Counted from the stretch's first letter, positions 20,054 through 30,518 are shown. The stretch: 64,000 nucleotides of DNA from Desulfatiglandales bacterium (GCA_963667015.2 CAXXJJ010000004.1:800001-864000), one strand, 5' to 3'. The notes: a model not told the origin generated them from the letters alone. Program-made: numbers and translations.

Positions 20054-20923
20054 CTATGCCCCTTCACGCTGCAGGATTCCGCGTTGCTTTAATGCTTCCA
20101 GGGTATCATCAACCGTCAGGCCTGCGGCTATGGTGGCAAAATTACTTATGCTTCTGTCGTCAATATCCAGATTTTCAGCCTGGAACTCGCCGGTAACCTT
20201 GTTCACCCATATAATGCCCGCTGCATCACCGCCGGACCATGATCCGCTGGTAACATCGATTTTTACAATTTCCCCTGTATCCGAACCGGTAGCCCCCACA
20301 ACCACATCACCAACCGCCGGTACATCTGTGCCACCGGAAGTAAACTCCAGGGGCCAGGCCAGGAAATCAGAATCTATGAGGGCGTCTCTCTCAATGCCAA
20401 CACCCTCGACGTCTGCATCCGAAGCATCGTAGGCATCGATTACAAAACCGGCAGGATCTTCGGTCCCGTCTACGGCGTCAAAATCAATCTTCTTGATCTT
20501 TCCAGACCCGGCGGAAACCGTAATGGTAAAGGTATCGCCGGCGTCAAAATCTTCGGTGCCGTCATTTAGTGTAAAGTTGATCTGCTCACTGCTGTAAGCT
20601 TCTCCTACCTTCGCCTGTCCCAGGGTAATATCGTCAGGGTCTTTAACTTCAAAAGTCCCGGCGTTGGCCGCTTCCGCAATACAGGTAAGGATATAGGTCC
20701 CCCGTTTTACCTGGCCGCCTGCGGTTACCGCTGTACATGTCCCGTCACCTGTGTTACTTCCTGCGGTACCTGAAGTCGGGCAGGATGTTTTCTCTTTTCC
20801 ATACACCGCGCCCATTGGCAGATCCTCGCCTGACAGCACGGTTACCTTTTCACGGGAAAATAGGTTTTCCTGCTCCCACTTGAGCAGATCGTTAAGCCTG
20901 TAAGGTTCTTTTAAATGTCCCAT
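20054..20923 (-). CDS. Head decoration protein (gpD-like with insertions)
   Basis: DLLKWEQENLFSREKVTV..DGTEDPAG..ALKQRGIL; between protease and capsid. Confidence 0.85.
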   Translation of the reverse strand: MGHLKEPYRLNDLLKWEQENLFSREKVTVLSGEDLPMGAVYGKEKTSCPTSGTAGSNTGDGTCTAVTAGGQVKRGTYILTCIAEAANAGTFEVKDPDDITLGQAKVGEAYSSEQINFTLNDGTEDFDAGDTFTITVSAGSGKIKKIDFDAVDGTEDPAGFVIDAYDASDADVEGVGIERDALIDSDFLAWPLEFTSGGTDVPAVGDVVVGATGSDTGEIVKIDVTSGSWSGGDAAGIIWVNKVTGEFQAENLDIDDRSISNFATIAAGLTVDDTLEALKQRGILQREGA

Positions 20924-21053
20924 TTTTTGTGCTCCTTTCAGTCGCGCCGAGCGCATAGCGCTTAGCGCATAGGGTTTTTATATGTAGGGGCGAATAATCA
21001 TTCGCCTGTTTTTGTTTTTGCAGCCTTTAACCATAAACCTCAGACCATAAACC

Positions 21054-22337
21054 CTAAACCGAGGCGTTTTGCGCTTTCGCCCGGCTTTCCGCATCCGCCA
21101 GCAAGGCATTGGCATTACCTGCCGAAAGACCCGAGATTGTGGACACAATCTGTTTTGTGCTGCTTTGTTCCGCTTTAACTTCGAGTATTTTCTTTTGAGC
21201 GGCCTCAACCGATAGATTTTCTTTGATGAGAGTGCCTGCCAGTTCCGGCATTTCTGCCACCTTGCAAAGATCCATGATGCCGTTAATTCTGGTAAGTGTG
21301 TCTGTTTCACCTTTTGCCGATGCATCCTTTACCAGTTTATCCACTTCCTCCTGACTCAGGCCCTGCCCTTCGGGTATGGAAGCCTTTGGCACAAAATCGT
21401 ATTTTGCCAGGGCTTCTATCAGGTTTACATCCTTCTCTGCCATCAGGCTGGCCAAGCTGGTTTCTAATTCCTGCTGATTCATTGTTCTCCCTCCATGATT
21501 TAATATTATTGTATTCAGTACGCCGTCAAAGGACATAACTCCATCTGCCAGGCCCGCTTCGACAGCCTTCTTCCCTCGATAAGTTATAGCTTCCATTTCT
21601 TTTATTGCTTTAGTTGTTAGCCCCCGGTTTCTCGCCACAAGGTCCGCGAAAAGATCGTTTGTTTCATTCACCATTTCCTGGACCAGACTTCGAACATCAT
21701 CCGGCAACGGAGCATGAGGCGTGAAATCGTTTTTATGGCTGCCGGCATATATGGCAGTGTATTTCATGCCCTCTTTTTTATCGTGCTCGCTCTGATCCAC
21801 ATGGACCGCAATAACGCCAATACTTCCAACACCTGCTGTTCTGGTCACATAAACCTTTGATGCAGCACTGGCCAGGGCATACCCCCCCGAATAGGCGTGT
21901 TCATTTGATATTGCGATAATTTCCTTTTTGGCCCGGGCCTGATATATTTCATCAGCAAGGTCAAATACACCTGCAGCTTCACCGCCAAAGGTATCCACAT
22001 CCAGCAATACACTTTCCACCGCCGGATCATCCGTGGCTCGCCGGAAGTTAGATCGAATTTCTTCATAAGACATAATGCCCGACATTGCATCCAGCCATCC
22101 GGCCCGATGCACCAGTGATCCGTAAATGGGGACGATTGCCAGGTTTTCTATGTTATATGGGTCAATGCGCTCGATCGGGTCGAAGGCCTCTGAATCCACC
22201 TTGATGGGAAATCCGTTATCCAATCCGATACGCGGACCTATAATATTAAGAATCACATTCAGCTTATCCGGATGAATCATTAACGGTGTATTAATAATAC
22301 GTGTTGCAAGCCTGGCGAGTATTGCCTTATCTTTCAT
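21054..22337 (-). CDS. Head maturation protease/scaffold, S49 family (gpC-like)
   Basis: LLDVDTFGGE..AYSGGYALASAA..GVGSIGV. Confidence 0.92.
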   Translation of the reverse strand: MKDKAILARLATRIINTPLMIHPDKLNVILNIIGPRIGLDNGFPIKVDSEAFDPIERIDPYNIENLAIVPIYGSLVHRAGWLDAMSGIMSYEEIRSNFRRATDDPAVESVLLDVDTFGGEAAGVFDLADEIYQARAKKEIIAISNEHAYSGGYALASAASKVYVTRTAGVGSIGVIAVHVDQSEHDKKEGMKYTAIYAGSHKNDFTPHAPLPDDVRSLVQEMVNETNDLFADLVARNRGLTTKAIKEMEAITYRGKKAVEAGLADGVMSFDGVLNTIILNHGGRTMNQQELETSLASLMAEKDVNLIEALAKYDFVPKASIPEGQGLSQEEVDKLVKDASAKGETDTLTRINGIMDLCKVAEMPELAGTLIKENLSVEAAQKKILEVKAEQSSTKQIVSTISGLSAGNANALLADAESRAKAQNASV

Positions 22338-23869
22338 TTTTTATCCCCTTCCCCTGTATCATCTTCATAATCGTCAGCTGCTATGGAAGGTGCCCCCTGC
22401 AGCTTACCGCTTCCATCTGTTTTGCGAGGATCACTGTCGTACACTAAACCTAATGCATCCTGCCTTTTATTCTCTTCAGCAATTTCCTGATCTATCTTGG
22501 CACTGTCATGGCCGCTTTCACCATTCAACATGGTCAGCGATTTAAAACCGGAGCGTCTGGCTCCCTTTGCAGCTTTAAGATCTTTTTCAGGATCCACCCA
22601 TGGCCAGCCGTCAATATCCCATGCGACCTTGAAATATTTTTTAGGGCTGGAAGCATAACCGGGTATATCAAGAGCTCTTGATAATACTGCTGTGTTCATG
22701 AATTCTCTTGCGATAGGTCGGCACATCTGGAAAACAAGCACGTTGTTTATGATCATTTTGCACCAGCGCTGAAACTGCAGGTTGCCCTGGCGGATGGAAG
22801 TGTAATTGACATCTTTCAGGTTACCGGTGTACATCTCATAACTCATGTTACCGAAACCCCTGGCAATGCGCCTGTCCTGCCGTTGTGTAAAAGCCTCGTA
22901 ATTACCGCCAACATCGGCAGGCTCTGAAAATGACACCTTGTATCCTGAAGGCAGAACCGGAAATGTACCGGGCTCAAGAGGATCAATTTCCCTGTTCTGA
23001 TCATCATTAGTGGGTATACCGCCCAGACCGCCGAAATCCCCTGCAGGTACGGATGCATCTTTGTAAATAAACCCGCCAAACATGGCCGCGCCTTTTTTGC
23101 GGACTATTTCGGCATCGTCAAATTCATTAAGATCGTGCTGGGCAAGTATTACAGAGGCAAGCCATGGAGCCCCCCTTTTCTGGCCGGGCCGTTTAGGCCG
23201 GAATATATGCAGCATCTGGCTTGCTGGTATCCTTATACGCTCCGAAGAATAACCGGAGCTGAGAAAGTATTCTCCCGGGTGTTCCTTAAAAGGCCAGAAG
23301 GCAACACGCTTACCACGTTTATCAAACTCGATACTCATGCGGATTTCGTTGCCGTTGGGCGCAATATCGTTGTAGGTAGGATCCAGATGATCCGCCTCTA
23401 TAAGCTGAAGCTGAAAAGGCACGCTTAAGCCCGAATCCCACCGGCGGGTTTTAAAATGTATAAGCAGCTCACCAGATTCTACCAATGACAAGGCTGCCAG
23501 GGTCTGAAGACCATAAAAATCCAGCACCTCATCAGCATCGCACTCGTTTACCCAGTCGTCCCACAACGCTATAATTGCAGCTTTTATTTCCGGGTCCTGC
23601 ATCAGCCATCGGGGAGTAATACCGCAGCCCACCAGGTTGGCAGCCAGTGTGTCCTGGCCTCCTGTCATGTTGGGGTCGTTACGTATAAGCTGGCGGGACC
23701 GGTACTTAAGGGTGTTTAAAGAACCGAACAGCGCTGTATTAGGCCCTGACGAAGACATACCCCAGGTACCCAGCCTGCGACCATAGGTAGCACCCTCAAA
23801 ATCACTGGACATGGTCGTTCGCGGATAAGGCCTGCCGTATTGATCCACTATTTGCAATTGTTTTGACAT
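22334..23869 (-). CDS. Portal protein, lambda family
   Basis: LQLIEADHL..HIFRPKRPGQKRGAPW..GNLKDVNYTSIR..WPWVDPEKD. Confidence 0.95.
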   Translation of the reverse strand: MSKQLQIVDQYGRPYPRTTMSSDFEGATYGRRLGTWGMSSSGPNTALFGSLNTLKYRSRQLIRNDPNMTGGQDTLAANLVGCGITPRWLMQDPEIKAAIIALWDDWVNECDADEVLDFYGLQTLAALSLVESGELLIHFKTRRWDSGLSVPFQLQLIEADHLDPTYNDIAPNGNEIRMSIEFDKRGKRVAFWPFKEHPGEYFLSSGYSSERIRIPASQMLHIFRPKRPGQKRGAPWLASVILAQHDLNEFDDAEIVRKKGAAMFGGFIYKDASVPAGDFGGLGGIPTNDDQNREIDPLEPGTFPVLPSGYKVSFSEPADVGGNYEAFTQRQDRRIARGFGNMSYEMYTGNLKDVNYTSIRQGNLQFQRWCKMIINNVLVFQMCRPIAREFMNTAVLSRALDIPGYASSPKKYFKVAWDIDGWPWVDPEKDLKAAKGARRSGFKSLTMLNGESGHDSAKIDQEIAEENKRQDALGLVYDSDPRKTDGSGKLQGAPSIAADDYEDDTGEGDKK

Positions 23870-23968
23870 ATATTCTGTCTTTGCCTTTCGGTTTTTAACC
23901 TTGAGCCTTGTGCTTCCACGTTTTTGCTTTTCCTATAGCCCACAGCCCAAACAGCTGCAGCCTGTCTT

Positions 23969-24190
23969 TCAAAGTCCTTTACTGGTAGAAATTAAAATTG
24001 TCCTGCCGCCCTGACTTGTCTTCAGATCGCTTTGTATTTCAGAAAGTAATGTTCTAAGTTGAGGTAAATCTGCCTGGCCTTTTTCCATGGTCCTGCCTTT
24101 AAAGGAATATTTAACAACCCGTTCCCCGGTAGCCAGTGCCATAACAGCCGCTTTAACATTTTCCAGATCTTCTCGTGTGTAAAGACCCAT
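23969..24190 (-). CDS. Head-tail joining protein gpW-like
   Basis: YTREDL..ALATGERVV..GRTME..L; directly upstream of portal. Confidence 0.85.
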   Translation of the reverse strand: MGLYTREDLENVKAAVMALATGERVVKYSFKGRTMEKGQADLPQLRTLLSEIQSDLKTSQGGRTILISTSKGL

Positions 24191-24277
24191 ATTTCCTCTA
24201 TCCCTGCGTAGATTCCGAAGCCGCACGCTTTCTGACTTCCGACTTCTGACATCTGACTTCTGTTATTTTTTGCCCCC

Positions 24278-24439
24278 AAAAAAAAGGCCGGAAACACATG
24301 AAACTCGGTGTGGGTTTCATGTATCACCGACCTAAATTGTACCCTGGTAATACACCGGCCAGTGTATTACCAGAGCTTGGGGTTTACCTTGTTAAATGCT
24401 GTATAACAGCCCGGTATGCCGGATTTAACAGGGTGAATC
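24278..24439 (-). promoter_or_regulatory. Structured leader ending in a terminator-like hairpin plus U8, upstream of the head operon
   Basis: Stems CATGAAAC/GTTTCATG, CTGGTAATACAC/GTGTATTACCAG and the three-way-junction element at 24381-24439. Confidence 0.6.
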
Positions 24440-24973
24440 TTTTTTTTGGTGAGGGCAGCTCCGCCTTTATTAAAAAAAAAGACGGAGCCTGATCAATCTA
24501 TCCATATGCCTCACATAGTGGGTTAATTTTCAGGGAATTTTTTTTAAAGGTCAATCAACTACTTTCAGTTTTATATAGATTTTGATATTCACTTGGGAAG
24601 ATTTATGTAAATTAAGGGTAAAAGGGAATGCGACTTTTCCAAGGCTTATTTGCAGATAAAATGAGAAAAAAAGCTGTGATTAAAAAAGCGGTAATCATTT
24701 TATTGACCAATGCATATACATTGGAGATATCCGCAGTTTCAGGCAAGTATGGAAAAGTTGGATCATGGCAAGCTATGTTGTGAGATTGGTTATGTTGTGT
24801 GTTTTAATTCCCTCCATATAATTCATCATTTAATTCCAAAAGAAAGATTAAGTATCCATTTTATTCATCTAATTTCTCATCATTTAGCTTTCCAATACAA
24901 AGCGTCCCTCTATGCATACCAGTCCATTTTAATCTAAAGTCGTTTTTTCACCTTGATAACAAGGGAGGGAACG

Positions 24974-25384
24974 ATGCATGAGGAGAATGTTTTAAAGAAG
25001 CGGCCTTGCAGGATCTGTAGGCGCTGGTTTATGCCTAACTCAAGAGTGAAAGACCGCCAAATGACCTGTGGTGACCCTGGATGTAAGAAGGAATGGCATA
25101 GAAGGAAGTGCAGAGAGTGGAACAGAAAGAACTCCGACTATTTTCGAGCCAATTACCTTCAAAAGAAACTCAATGCAGCCTGCCAGTCCGGAACCCCTTC
25201 CTCACTCCAGTCAAAGACCCGGTTAAAATCCGGACTACCCCATTTGTTAGTTCAAGAGGTGATAAGCATTCAACATCTTATAATCGTTGAGTATTTCGGA
25301 CAACTGCTCTTCAGACGATTTCAAGAGGTGTTACGAGCTCAACTAACTGTTATGACAAGGAAAATAGATCGACTACCCCCTTAA
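24974..25384 (+). CDS. Zinc-finger protein within RIT element
   Basis: CRICRRWF..QMTCGDPGC; RBS GGAGG. Confidence 0.75.
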   Translation: MHEENVLKKRPCRICRRWFMPNSRVKDRQMTCGDPGCKKEWHRRKCREWNRKNSDYFRANYLQKKLNAACQSGTPSSLQSKTRLKSGLPHLLVQEVISIQHLIIVEYFGQLLFRRFQEVLRAQLTVMTRKIDRLPP

Positions 25385-25450
25385 ATGTTTTCAAGATGTG
25401 ATCGACTCTTTCCTGGATTTGCAGGTATATTTACCTGAAAAACTCAGGAG

Positions 25451-25858
25451 TTGACTATGATAAAGAAAAAGATTCTCAACCCGAATCGAATCAGACATAT
25501 TGAAGGAGGGTTCGGTTTTTTACCTCACCGACTTCTGACTGATGAGTTTCTTGCGTACATGGAACAGGAAGAGATCCTGTTATACTCCTTCCTCATACTT
25601 GCTGCAGATAGATATGGGTTATCTTTCTACTCCTATGATGCCATTTGTTCTTTGCTCCGGCTTTCTATGGATGAGTATATTGAAGCCCGGGATGGGCTCT
25701 TAAAGAAAGATTTAATTGCCTTTGACGGAACACTTTATCAGGTACTTTCCCTGCCTCCGAAACCATTATGGGAAAAAACTTTACATAAAGGCCAGAGTAA
25801 TTCAAGAGTCAGCGGGCTGATACAGGAATCACTTTTGGAGGTTCAAAGTGATCCTTGA
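25451..25858 (+). CDS. Winged-helix-like hypothetical protein within RIT element
   Basis: LLYSFLILAADRYGLSFYSYDAICSLL..EARDGL; overlaps first recombinase. Confidence 0.7.
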   Translation: MTMIKKKILNPNRIRHIEGGFGFLPHRLLTDEFLAYMEQEEILLYSFLILAADRYGLSFYSYDAICSLLRLSMDEYIEARDGLLKKDLIAFDGTLYQVLSLPPKPLWEKTLHKGQSNSRVSGLIQESLLEVQSDP

Positions 25859-27026
25859 AGACAGCCGGAGATTAATGGACTCGATCCGGGATTATATGCA
25901 TTGGGTCAAATCAATTGAGAAGGAAAAGGGGAGCAGATCCCATAAGCGTTACAAGCATATCCTGATCGACTTTCTCTTCTATGTAATCCATAAAGATATA
26001 ATATGGGAAAACATATTTACTAATGGTACTGCAGAAGCCTTTCAAATATATAGCGGTTATAAGAATGCCTATTCTGCACTTAGGTCGTTATCAGACTATC
26101 TTTTCAGCCGGGGAGTTATCGATCATACCCTGAATCAAAAAAATGCTGCGCCACCTTTACCGGATATTTATGAAGAATACCTCCTTCATCACTCTCAATC
26201 TCTTGACAGTTCTCCTACACACATCAAACGGATCAGGAGGGTTCTGAGCTCATTCCATGAGTATCTGGAAAAAAATGACATCTCCCTTTCAAAGCTTAAA
26301 ATCGAACATTGCGATGCCTTCATGGCAACATTCAAGGTGTCGGACTATAGCCGCAGGCTCTATCGTTATTGCCTCAGAGGTTTTTTAAAGCACCTCTATC
26401 ATGAAAAGAAGATTATCATAAGGGATTTAGCCCCGTTTCTTGTCGGCCCTCCTCAATTTGCCCAGAAAAGGCTGCCAAGGTTTTTACGTCCAAAGCAGGT
26501 AAAAGAACTCTTTGCCTCCCTGGAGCTTTCCACACCCACACAAATGAGAACCTATGCCCTGATACACCTGGCTTACTCTCTGGGTCTCAGGCCTGCGGAG
26601 ATCAGTAAGATTACGTTAGATGATATCTTTTTCCAGCAGAGAAAACTCACCCTCCAGGAAAGAAAAGGAGGGGATGTCATCACCCTGCCTGTACCTGAAA
26701 ACACCATTAAGGCTATTGCTCTTTATATCTCTAAAGGAAGACCGAAGGGCTCATCAAAATATCTGTTTCTTAATCATCACTTTCCCTTTCATCCTATGAA
26801 AGCCAATAACGTTGTCGGATCTATAGCAAGGGCCATGAAACAGGCCGGACTCCCCTCATCTGCTTACTGGCTCAGGCACACTTATGCACAGAATCTTCTC
26901 CATATGGGCCGATCCATTTATGAGGTAAAAGAAATGATGGGGCACCAGAACATACAGTCAACCCACAGATATCTTCATATCAGTACAGAGCTTATGAGAA
27001 AGGTCATATTCAATGAAGAACTTTGA
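25848..27026 (+). CDS. Tyrosine recombinase RitA-like
   Basis: LGLRPAEI, WLRHTYA, MGHQNIQSTHRY. Confidence 0.9.
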   Translation: MILEDSRRLMDSIRDYMHWVKSIEKEKGSRSHKRYKHILIDFLFYVIHKDIIWENIFTNGTAEAFQIYSGYKNAYSALRSLSDYLFSRGVIDHTLNQKNAAPPLPDIYEEYLLHHSQSLDSSPTHIKRIRRVLSSFHEYLEKNDISLSKLKIEHCDAFMATFKVSDYSRRLYRYCLRGFLKHLYHEKKIIIRDLAPFLVGPPQFAQKRLPRFLRPKQVKELFASLELSTPTQMRTYALIHLAYSLGLRPAEISKITLDDIFFQQRKLTLQERKGGDVITLPVPENTIKAIALYISKGRPKGSSKYLFLNHHFPFHPMKANNVVGSIARAMKQAGLPSSAYWLRHTYAQNLLHMGRSIYEVKEMMGHQNIQSTHRYLHISTELMRKVIFNEEL

Positions 27027-27987
27027 AAGTTTTCTTGCTCCGCAACTAAATGATTATCTTACTTATCGTCAAGGCCTGGGATACAGCATAAAATTATCCC
27101 AGGCTAATCTTCTGGTCCTTGATCGATATTTAAAAGAGACAAACGCTGACTGGCATTCTCTTCAATCTTTTTACTTTCTTGAGATGAGATCCAGCCTGGA
27201 GTTAGAGCCACGTGGTGTCAACAGGGTGATCTCCTCAGTGAGGGTCTTTTTTAATTACCTCTTACGACAGGAGCTCCTGGTTGAAAACCCCCTTCGGGAC
27301 ATTCCCTCTCTCAGGGAAAACAGCATCATTCCTTTTGTTTTCTCCTGTGAACAAACCGATCAATTACTAAATGCCGCATGTAACAGATTAAGAAAAAAGA
27401 ATCAGTATTTTCTGACTGACCTTGCGGAGTACCTTGTTATTCTTTTATTGGCACGATGCGGTATGAGGATATCAGAACCACTGAAACTTATGAGACATCA
27501 TTACAACAGGGATGACGCTACCCTGTATATTAAAAAGACCAAGTTTAAGAAACAGAGGTTGATCCCCATACCAGGGGACGTAAAATCGGAGATAGAAAAC
27601 TATCTTGCTGTGCGCAGGCATGCATGCCCCAATGATGAGAATCCATATCTACTGGCAGGGAAAGGCCTCAAAGCCATAAGAGACTATCGTATACGCAATT
27701 TATTCCATAAAGCCGTAGAAGATATCGGGCTTGACCAGCCAAGAAAAATCATAGGGAATGTGAACTTCAGTCAGCCCACACCTCATAGCCTCAGACACAG
27801 TTTCGCAGTAAATACCCTGCTGAACGTTAAAAAACGAGGACAATCTCCGCAGAATGCCCTTCCGGTGCTTGCTGCTTATATGGGCCATGCGGAATACAAA
27901 TACACCAGTGTTTATCTCAGGGTCATGGATGCGATCAGCCGTAAAAATCTGGTGGATTTTTCTTTATGGCAGAAGAGGAAGGAATGA
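27013..27987 (+). CDS. Tyrosine recombinase RitB-like
   Basis: GMRISE, KTKFKK, HSLRHSFAV, LPVLAAYMGH..TSVYL. Confidence 0.9.
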   Translation: MKNFESFLAPQLNDYLTYRQGLGYSIKLSQANLLVLDRYLKETNADWHSLQSFYFLEMRSSLELEPRGVNRVISSVRVFFNYLLRQELLVENPLRDIPSLRENSIIPFVFSCEQTDQLLNAACNRLRKKNQYFLTDLAEYLVILLLARCGMRISEPLKLMRHHYNRDDATLYIKKTKFKKQRLIPIPGDVKSEIENYLAVRRHACPNDENPYLLAGKGLKAIRDYRIRNLFHKAVEDIGLDQPRKIIGNVNFSQPTPHSLRHSFAVNTLLNVKKRGQSPQNALPVLAAYMGHAEYKYTSVYLRVMDAISRKNLVDFSLWQKRKE

Positions 27988-29003
27988 AGATATCTACTGC
28001 TGTCCATAAGTTCTTTGAACAATACCTTCCCCACATCAAGGGAGTAAGTCATAATACTGTCAAATCCTACCGTGATACCTTCAGGCTTTTTCTGCCTTTT
28101 ATTGCAAAATATTATGACAACAAAATAAGCTCTCTCAAGGTGGAGCATATCTCATCAGAGGTGATTATTGCATTCCTGAACGAACTGCAGATTGAGCGTA
28201 ATAATCTTGCAAAGACCCGGAATCAAAGACTGGCTGCCATTAAGTCCTTTGCTAAAATGATCCGGTTTATGTGTCCCGAATACAGGGAACTGGCAGACAG
28301 GATACTTAATATTCCCCAGAAGCGCACTCAGAAAACGCTGGTAGGATTTCTCTATCAGGATGAGATTCTAAAGGTCTTTCAATGTGTAGACATCAAAAAA
28401 AGGGACGGCTTCCGCGATTATACCCTGCTTCATCTTCTCTATGACTCAGGGGCCAGGGCCAGTGAGATCACAGCCCTTAATATCGATTACTTCGATCCTG
28501 ACCATAATACACTTGCCATCCTGGGAAAGGGGAATCGCTTCCGCATCATACCACTTGAAAAAAGAACTTCTCAGCTCTTGCAGCTTTATATCAAAAAATA
28601 TCGTGTAGAGCCGAAAGCGCAATACAAACACCGTATCTTTATCAATCAAAGAAGAGAAGAGCTTACAAGGCATGGTATTTATCGTCTCTGTAAAAAATAC
28701 CTTTCTATAGCCATCCCGGCAAAACGACTAAAGTACATCAACCCTGCACACAGTTTCCGGCATTCAAGAGCAGTGGACCTCCTTTACCGCGGTGAATCTA
28801 TCACGGATATTAAAAACCGTTTAGGACATGACAATATCCAGTCAACAACTATTTATCTCCATCTTGATCTCAAGCACAAACGCGATATACAAAAGCTCTT
28901 TATCAGATATATGAAATCGGTAATCATATCCGATTCAAAAATACAAGACCTACTTCAATGGGAGAGTGACAAAGATATGATGGCATGGCTTGATAGTTTA
29001 TAG
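27984..29003 (+). CDS. Tyrosine recombinase RitC-like
   Basis: SHNTVKSYRDTF, TRNQRLAAIKSF, SGARASE, HSFRHS, LGHDNIQSTTIY. Confidence 0.9.
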   Translation: MKISTAVHKFFEQYLPHIKGVSHNTVKSYRDTFRLFLPFIAKYYDNKISSLKVEHISSEVIIAFLNELQIERNNLAKTRNQRLAAIKSFAKMIRFMCPEYRELADRILNIPQKRTQKTLVGFLYQDEILKVFQCVDIKKRDGFRDYTLLHLLYDSGARASEITALNIDYFDPDHNTLAILGKGNRFRIIPLEKRTSQLLQLYIKKYRVEPKAQYKHRIFINQRREELTRHGIYRLCKKYLSIAIPAKRLKYINPAHSFRHSRAVDLLYRGESITDIKNRLGHDNIQSTTIYLHLDLKHKRDIQKLFIRYMKSVIISDSKIQDLLQWESDKDMMAWLDSL

Positions 29004-29206
29004 ACCGGGAGAACATCCTGCCGGTTAAAGGAATAAGTATAATAGGCGGAATATTATTATGTTATCAGTTCTATCTCTGTCATCATCAAAAAGCAGGATA
29101 ACTCATTGCTTTTTATGGTTATTTGAAATATCCGAAGACTTGTTCTGATAACTTCCTTTTTTCAATGGGTTAAGTGAACTCGCAACATAAGGCAAGATAT
29201 CTGTAC

Positions 29207-29277
29207 TTTTAACGATTGAGTTCATTTGCATTTTAAATTAGAACTGAAAAATGTCAGGTGCAAACGATTTGATAAAT
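29207..29277 (-). other. attC-like site (degenerate) closing the R-M cassette
   Basis: Minus: ATTTATC-AAATCG-TTTGCACCTGAC-ATTTT...AAAAT-GCAAATGAA-CTCAATC-GTTAAAA. Confidence 0.6.
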
Positions 29278-29354
29278 GGTCTGATTCTTCATCTCATATT
29301 CTTAACATCCAGAGACAATTTTGGTAAAGTGTAAAGCGGTCTTTCATCTGAAGC

Positions 29355-30518
29355 CTATTTATTTCCTTTTGCTCGGTTGTGTGTTTTGCATAGCATCTGA
29401 CAGTTGTTTATATCAGTTGCGCCTCCTTTGCTCCAAGCGGTTACATGATCAGCGTCCATTTCATTTGATTTCCATATTTTGTTTTTGTTTGAATCATGAC
29501 CTATTGAACAATATGGACAGTTTGATATACCTTTTTTCTCAGCTTCCTTTGTTTGTTTCGAGTATACAGATTTTTTTGTTGCATCATTAAAAACTCGAAC
29601 ATCAAGTAATTTGGTATCATTAGAATCGCCAAGAATATATTCAAAAATACCTTTATGATTATTTATGTATGGGTCGCCATAGAGTTTTTGTACTTCTGAT
29701 GATACCTTTTTGGGGTCGTATGCTTTCTTATGATATGTTTCATACAGTCGCCCCCATTCAAGTCCGCACATCTCTTTTTCTACATCACTAAATACAGCCG
29801 AAACCCAATCTATGACACTTGTGAAGTAAGTTTTTAACTCACTTATGTTATTGTCATAGCGATGTCTGCTCATGTAATCAATTATGTTGCCTTTACTAAC
29901 CCAGTCCAATGCCTTCTCTAAAAACGCTTGCCGGTTTACACTGCCTTTTATGTACGCACTCCATTTTTGTATATTGGCGTTCTGACTGTTACTGAACTCT
30001 GCTTTTGCAAGCGTTACAAAAGGTCCAGAAAAAATAGAATTATTTAACTCCTGGTCGTTTAGAGGAACGCCAGCTATATTTATGGTACGAAACCAGTTTT
30101 TTATATCACTTTCTTCACCCTCGCACTCGTAAATAGTGAGTTTCGCTTCTAAGATTTTAGACTTTTTGTCTGCTGCAATACCATCAAAGTATTGCTCCAT
30201 ACCGTTTTCATCTTTGATGGCAAATTTATTGGTAACATACCGCCCGAAGCTCGTAATACGCTGTTGGCCATCCAAAATTTCAAATTCATCATCACTAACT
30301 TTTACGAAATATATTAATCCCAACGGGTAACCTTTGAGTAGCGAATCTATTACAGCTACATCTTTTTTTCCGTCTGCATAGATATAATTACGCTGGTATT
30401 CCGGTTGTATGGTAAGTTTTCCCGAAAGTCCAAACAGTCCTTTCCCTTCAAGCTCATTGTAAACAAAACCTTCGCATATATCTTTTACTGTGATGTCAGT
30501 TTTTAAGGTAGTCTTCAC
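29355..30518 (-). CDS. DUF262 (GmrSD-like) plus HNH endonuclease
   Basis: PEYQRNY, DGQQR, FRTINIAGVPL; CPYC..DADHVTAWSKGGAT..NCQMLCKTHNRAK. Confidence 0.9.
   Translation of the reverse strand: MKTTLKTDITVKDICEGFVYNELEGKGLFGLSGKLTIQPEYQRNYIYADGKKDVAVIDSLLKGYPLGLIYFVKVSDDEFEILDGQQRITSFGRYVTNKFAIKDENGMEQYFDGIAADKKSKILEAKLTIYECEGEESDIKNWFRTINIAGVPLNDQELNNSIFSGPFVTLAKAEFSNSQNANIQKWSAYIKGSVNRQAFLEKALDWVSKGNIIDYMSRHRYDNNISELKTYFTSVIDWVSAVFSDVEKEMCGLEWGRLYETYHKKAYDPKKVSSEVQKLYGDPYINNHKGIFEYILGDSNDTKLLDVRVFNDATKKSVYSKQTKEAEKKGISNCPYCSIGHDSNKNKIWKSNEMDADHVTAWSKGGATDINNCQMLCKTHNRAKGNK

Larger units (their letters stand above)
24773..29190 (+). mobile_element. RIT element (recombinase in trio) with two additional upstream ORFs
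   Basis: Three overlapping tyrosine recombinases; ends CTATGTTGTGAG / CTCGCAACATAA; GGCAAG repeated at 24767-24772 and 29191-29196. Confidence 0.8.
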
